DNA of 29,742 nt, from NCBI GenBank assembly GCA_964645485.1, contig CAZXZO010000009.1, forward strand, positions 29,612 through 59,353, in the 5' to 3' direction. This DNA is from an uncultured Candidatus Poseidoniales archaeon (GTDB lineage: Archaea; Thermoplasmatota; Poseidoniia; Poseidoniales; Thalassarchaeaceae). Position numbers and translations under genes: made by a program. Positions 27,081-29,742 of the stretch are shown in pieces. Numbering within the stretch: position 1 is the stretch's first letter; each line of letters begins with the position of its first letter. The notes below the pieces were generated by a model. That model was not told the DNA's origin and ran no database searches. It saw nothing but the letters and a program-made list of their open reading frames with translations.

Positions 27081-28618
27081 AAACTGGAGTAGTTGTTCTT
27101 TTACTCGCAATCACCATTGCTGGAATTGGTGCCGTTCTATTCTTCTCATCTTATCCCAATCAACAGGTTTTCCCTGGTAAAGACCATAATGATGGGGTAC
27201 TTAGGGAAGGAGTGTTTCAGAGATGTTTTGATGCAAATGAAAGTCGACCAGAATTTCTTTATTTTACAACCTGGAAATATTCAACCAGTAGTTATCTTCC
27301 AATGGGTTATAGAGGGTATCTAGTCACAAATAATAGTTCCTTAACTGACAATGAAGAACTTGTAGTTAGAGGTGCGGGACGCGCCGGAACCCATGACAAA
27401 TTAAAAATTGTAGAAGGCGAGATAACACAATACGAGAAGGCAAGTCCATATCTTGGTTCAAAATCTGATTTGGAAGAATATAATCATAGAAGTATTATTA
27501 GCATCCCGGATGAAAATCATTTTTGCCTTAGTATATGGGTTGTAGGGGGAAAAACGTCGATGGTGGAAAATATAACAACAGGTTGGGAAAAATTGGCGGA
27601 TCTTCACATTGAATACTTTGATTATCAAGTTAATCAAGGAAATCTGACATGGGATAGAAGGATTTCTGTAGGGGATAATGGGGTCGTTGGATTCCCGGAC
27701 AATCTTGGTAATGTGACATATTTATTCACTACATCAGAGTACACACCTGGTTGTATTGAAAGGCTGAATACTTCTGGGAGTTCGGACCAATATTGTTCTC
27801 CTAATTATGATAAGTTTGAAGGTGGTGAACTTTATACAGGTGTATTCTATCATTCAACGAATAATCATCCCACTTTGATAGATCTCAATCATAGTGGTGA
27901 CTGGAGACCCTATGTGGTTTGGTACGATTCAAATCAATGTGCTGAAGGTAGGTGTACCGGAGAAGCACTTTCCGATATTAATTATCTTGAAAATAACCCA
28001 TTTATGATTGCATTAATAATAAGTTCTCTTTCAGTCACGACATTTGTCGGTTTAATTGTAATTGATCAGCCAAGTAGGGTTGGTTTATTTAGCCGAATTT
28101 CAAAACTTGCTTTCATTGGTATTGTCGGCAAATCTGAGACAGCAAAAGGCCGAGAAATAAGAATGGTTATTGAAGAATTTATTCTGAATCACCCTGGTAC
28201 GTTTTACAACGAGATTGTAGGATTACTTGGATTGGGAATGGGACAAGCGAGTTATCACCTTCATAAATTGGAAACTTTCGGTTTAATCTGGTCTCAAAGA
28301 TTTGGCCGTCGTTTATGTTACTTTTCTTCCACTATCCCTAAATCCGGTGAAGCAGTAGACGACATTCTTCTATTATGTGAAATGAAAGAAATCGATCGTT
28401 CAATTATCCAATTCACTCGCGAATCAGGCCCAATAGAAAGTCGTCAAGTCGACCTTGCGAAGTTACTGAATGTCAGTCAACCAACAATTAGTAGGTCATT
28501 AGAAAGGTTAGAGGGATGGAAATTAATTGAGTTGGAATCGGTTAATTCTCACTTTTTCAGATTAGGACTATCAGAACAGGGTAATTCGTTTGTGAAATTT
28601 CTTAATCCAATTAACTGA
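27077..28618 (+). CDS. Membrane-tethered transcription regulator: N-terminal TM/signal, glycosylation-sequon-rich ectodomain, TM and two winged HTH domains
   Basis: TTG start with SD AGGTGA at 27064-27069 and TM FMIALIISSLSVTTFVGLIVI. wHTH1 RMVIEEFILNHPGTFYNEIVGLLGLGMGQASYHLHKLETFG...GRRLCYF; wHTH2 RQVDLAKLLNVSQPTISRSLERLE. Confidence 0.8.
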   Translation: MKTGVVVLLLAITIAGIGAVLFFSSYPNQQVFPGKDHNDGVLREGVFQRCFDANESRPEFLYFTTWKYSTSSYLPMGYRGYLVTNNSSLTDNEELVVRGAGRAGTHDKLKIVEGEITQYEKASPYLGSKSDLEEYNHRSIISIPDENHFCLSIWVVGGKTSMVENITTGWEKLADLHIEYFDYQVNQGNLTWDRRISVGDNGVVGFPDNLGNVTYLFTTSEYTPGCIERLNTSGSSDQYCSPNYDKFEGGELYTGVFYHSTNNHPTLIDLNHSGDWRPYVVWYDSNQCAEGRCTGEALSDINYLENNPFMIALIISSLSVTTFVGLIVIDQPSRVGLFSRISKLAFIGIVGKSETAKGREIRMVIEEFILNHPGTFYNEIVGLLGLGMGQASYHLHKLETFGLIWSQRFGRRLCYFSSTIPKSGEAVDDILLLCEMKEIDRSIIQFTRESGPIESRQVDLAKLLNVSQPTISRSLERLEGWKLIELESVNSHFFRLGLSEQGNSFVKFLNPIN

Positions 28619-28677
28619 ATTCGAGCAGTAATTCTTCAGTTGGCCTTAACAATCTGTTTATCCATCGGGTTGATGGG

Positions 28678-29586
28678 ATGAGTCGTATCCGGGAGGGTAT
28701 GGCTCGCAAGGTAGTGGCTCGTGCTCCGGTGCGGATTGACTTCGCTGGCGGTTGGACTGATGTTTCTCCGTACACGCACGATGTAGGTGGCGAGGTTGTC
28801 AATCTAGCCATCAATAAATACGCTACTGCCACGCTAGAAGTTGACGATGAGGGGATACTCTCGGTCTCTTACACCTGTGAGGTTCCGGTGGGCTCGGGCT
28901 TGGGGACTACCGGTGCAATCAATGTGGCATTGATGGGTGCTATCAGCGCTATGGAAACTGATGATACCGGGCGTAAGGCATTAGCAGAACAGGCATTCCA
29001 ATTTGAGTCACTTTTAGGAAACAAAGGCGGACGTCAAGACCAGTGGGCAGCATCACATGGCGGCTGGAATCATCTGATGTTCATGCAGGATGATGTTGAG
29101 GAGATGCCGCTCGCTCCACTAGCATCAGCGACAAAATGGTTGCAGCGTCAGTTGATTGTTGTGAACTCAAATATTGCTCATGTTTCTGGCGATTTACACA
29201 AGAATATCTGGGGGAGATATGCGGATGGTGACGAGGAAGTTATAGAGGGTTTGATGGCGATTCGATTGGCGGCACGTGGCATGGCGAAGGGCATTCAGCA
29301 GGACAGGCGTGACGAGGTAATTCACGCACTTCACGAGGTGTGTCGAGGGGTTGACCTGCTTGATTTGGGGCTTCACGAACCGTTCCGTGGGGTGCTTGAC
29401 CCATTACTTGCTAGCAAGGATGTATTGGCTTGGAAGGCGGTTGGCGCCGGTGGCGGCGGATGTGCGATGCTGTTGTGCAATCTTGGTCGCAGAGAAGCGG
29501 TTGAAACTGCTTGTGAAGCGGCCGGATGGAGTCTTGTTGATTGGGCCGCAGATACCGAAGGCCTACAAATCACCGTTGAAGAATGA
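28678..29586 (+). CDS. GHMP-family sugar kinase (HddA / heptose-7-phosphate kinase / fucokinase-like)
   Basis: ARAPVRIDFAGGWTDV, VPVGSGLGTTGA, GGRQDQWAASHGG and KAVGAGGGGC. Alternative start ATG 28699. Confidence 0.88.
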   Translation: MSRIREGMARKVVARAPVRIDFAGGWTDVSPYTHDVGGEVVNLAINKYATATLEVDDEGILSVSYTCEVPVGSGLGTTGAINVALMGAISAMETDDTGRKALAEQAFQFESLLGNKGGRQDQWAASHGGWNHLMFMQDDVEEMPLAPLASATKWLQRQLIVVNSNIAHVSGDLHKNIWGRYADGDEEVIEGLMAIRLAARGMAKGIQQDRRDEVIHALHEVCRGVDLLDLGLHEPFRGVLDPLLASKDVLAWKAVGAGGGGCAMLLCNLGRREAVETACEAAGWSLVDWAADTEGLQITVEE

Positions 29587-29616
29587 GTTTTCTCGGATTT
29601 TAGTAAGGGTTGCATC

Positions 29617-29742
29617 ACTGCCAACTGAGGCAATCAATTTTGGTAACAAAAACCGTGTAAATCCAACCCTTCTTAATCAGTAGGATTACTGCCAACTGAG
29701 GCAATCAATTTTGGTAACAAAAACCGTGTAAATCCAACCCTT
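29617..29742 (+). repeat. Exact 55-bp direct repeat (29617-29671 and 29688-29742, period 71) running to the window end
   Basis: ACTGCCAACTGAGGCAATCAATTTTGGTAACAAAAACCGTGTAAATCCAACCCTT occurs twice. The preceding bases differ (C vs T). Confidence 0.95.

Noticed and set aside
25548-28677. Direct repeats flanking cassette 2
   Set aside because: Only a weak gapped similarity (TTTATTCACCATCG vs TTTATCCATCG), not distinguishable from chance.
29617-29742. CRISPR array
   Set aside because: Only two copies, a 55-bp repeat with a 16-bp spacer (outside normal CRISPR geometry), and no cas genes in the window.

Overview
Gene-dense archaeal chromosomal segment with 18 supportable CDSs. No tRNA, rRNA, CRISPR array, integrase or transposase was seen. 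The host is most likely Thermoplasmatota, Marine Group II / Ca. Poseidoniales. This is an inference from GGTGA/GAGGTGA Shine-Dalgarno sites, CARDB and He_PIG surface proteins, and GPPS low-complexity tracts. Left third: NifU-like protein, class I glutamine amidotransferase, K+-dependent (probably Na+-pumping) membrane pyrophosphatase, lipoprotein, esterase and glutaredoxin. Middle: an 8xCARDB surface protein and a TCAF/M60-like metallopeptidase on the minus strand. These are divergent from a sugar cluster encoding an SDR/epimerase, an FGGY kinase fused to a mannitol-1-phosphate-dehydrogenase-like domain, a GH38 mannosidase with a ~328-aa disordered N-terminus, and a Zn-ribbon membrane protein. 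Right third: two AT-rich two-gene cassettes alternate with ordinary genes (DUF2817/M14 carboxypeptidase, GHMP kinase). Each cassette encodes a putative secreted protein translationally coupled (TTGA overlap) to a membrane-tethered double winged-helix regulator with its own ectodomain. The first cassette is flanked by an exact 23-bp direct repeat. Best candidates for new biology: (i) exchangeable secreted-partner plus transmembrane wHTH sensor cassettes, and (ii) a PTS-independent kinase-dehydrogenase polyol route. The window ends in a 55-bp exact duplication that may be an assembly artefact. All family calls come from motif recognition by eye, not database searches.
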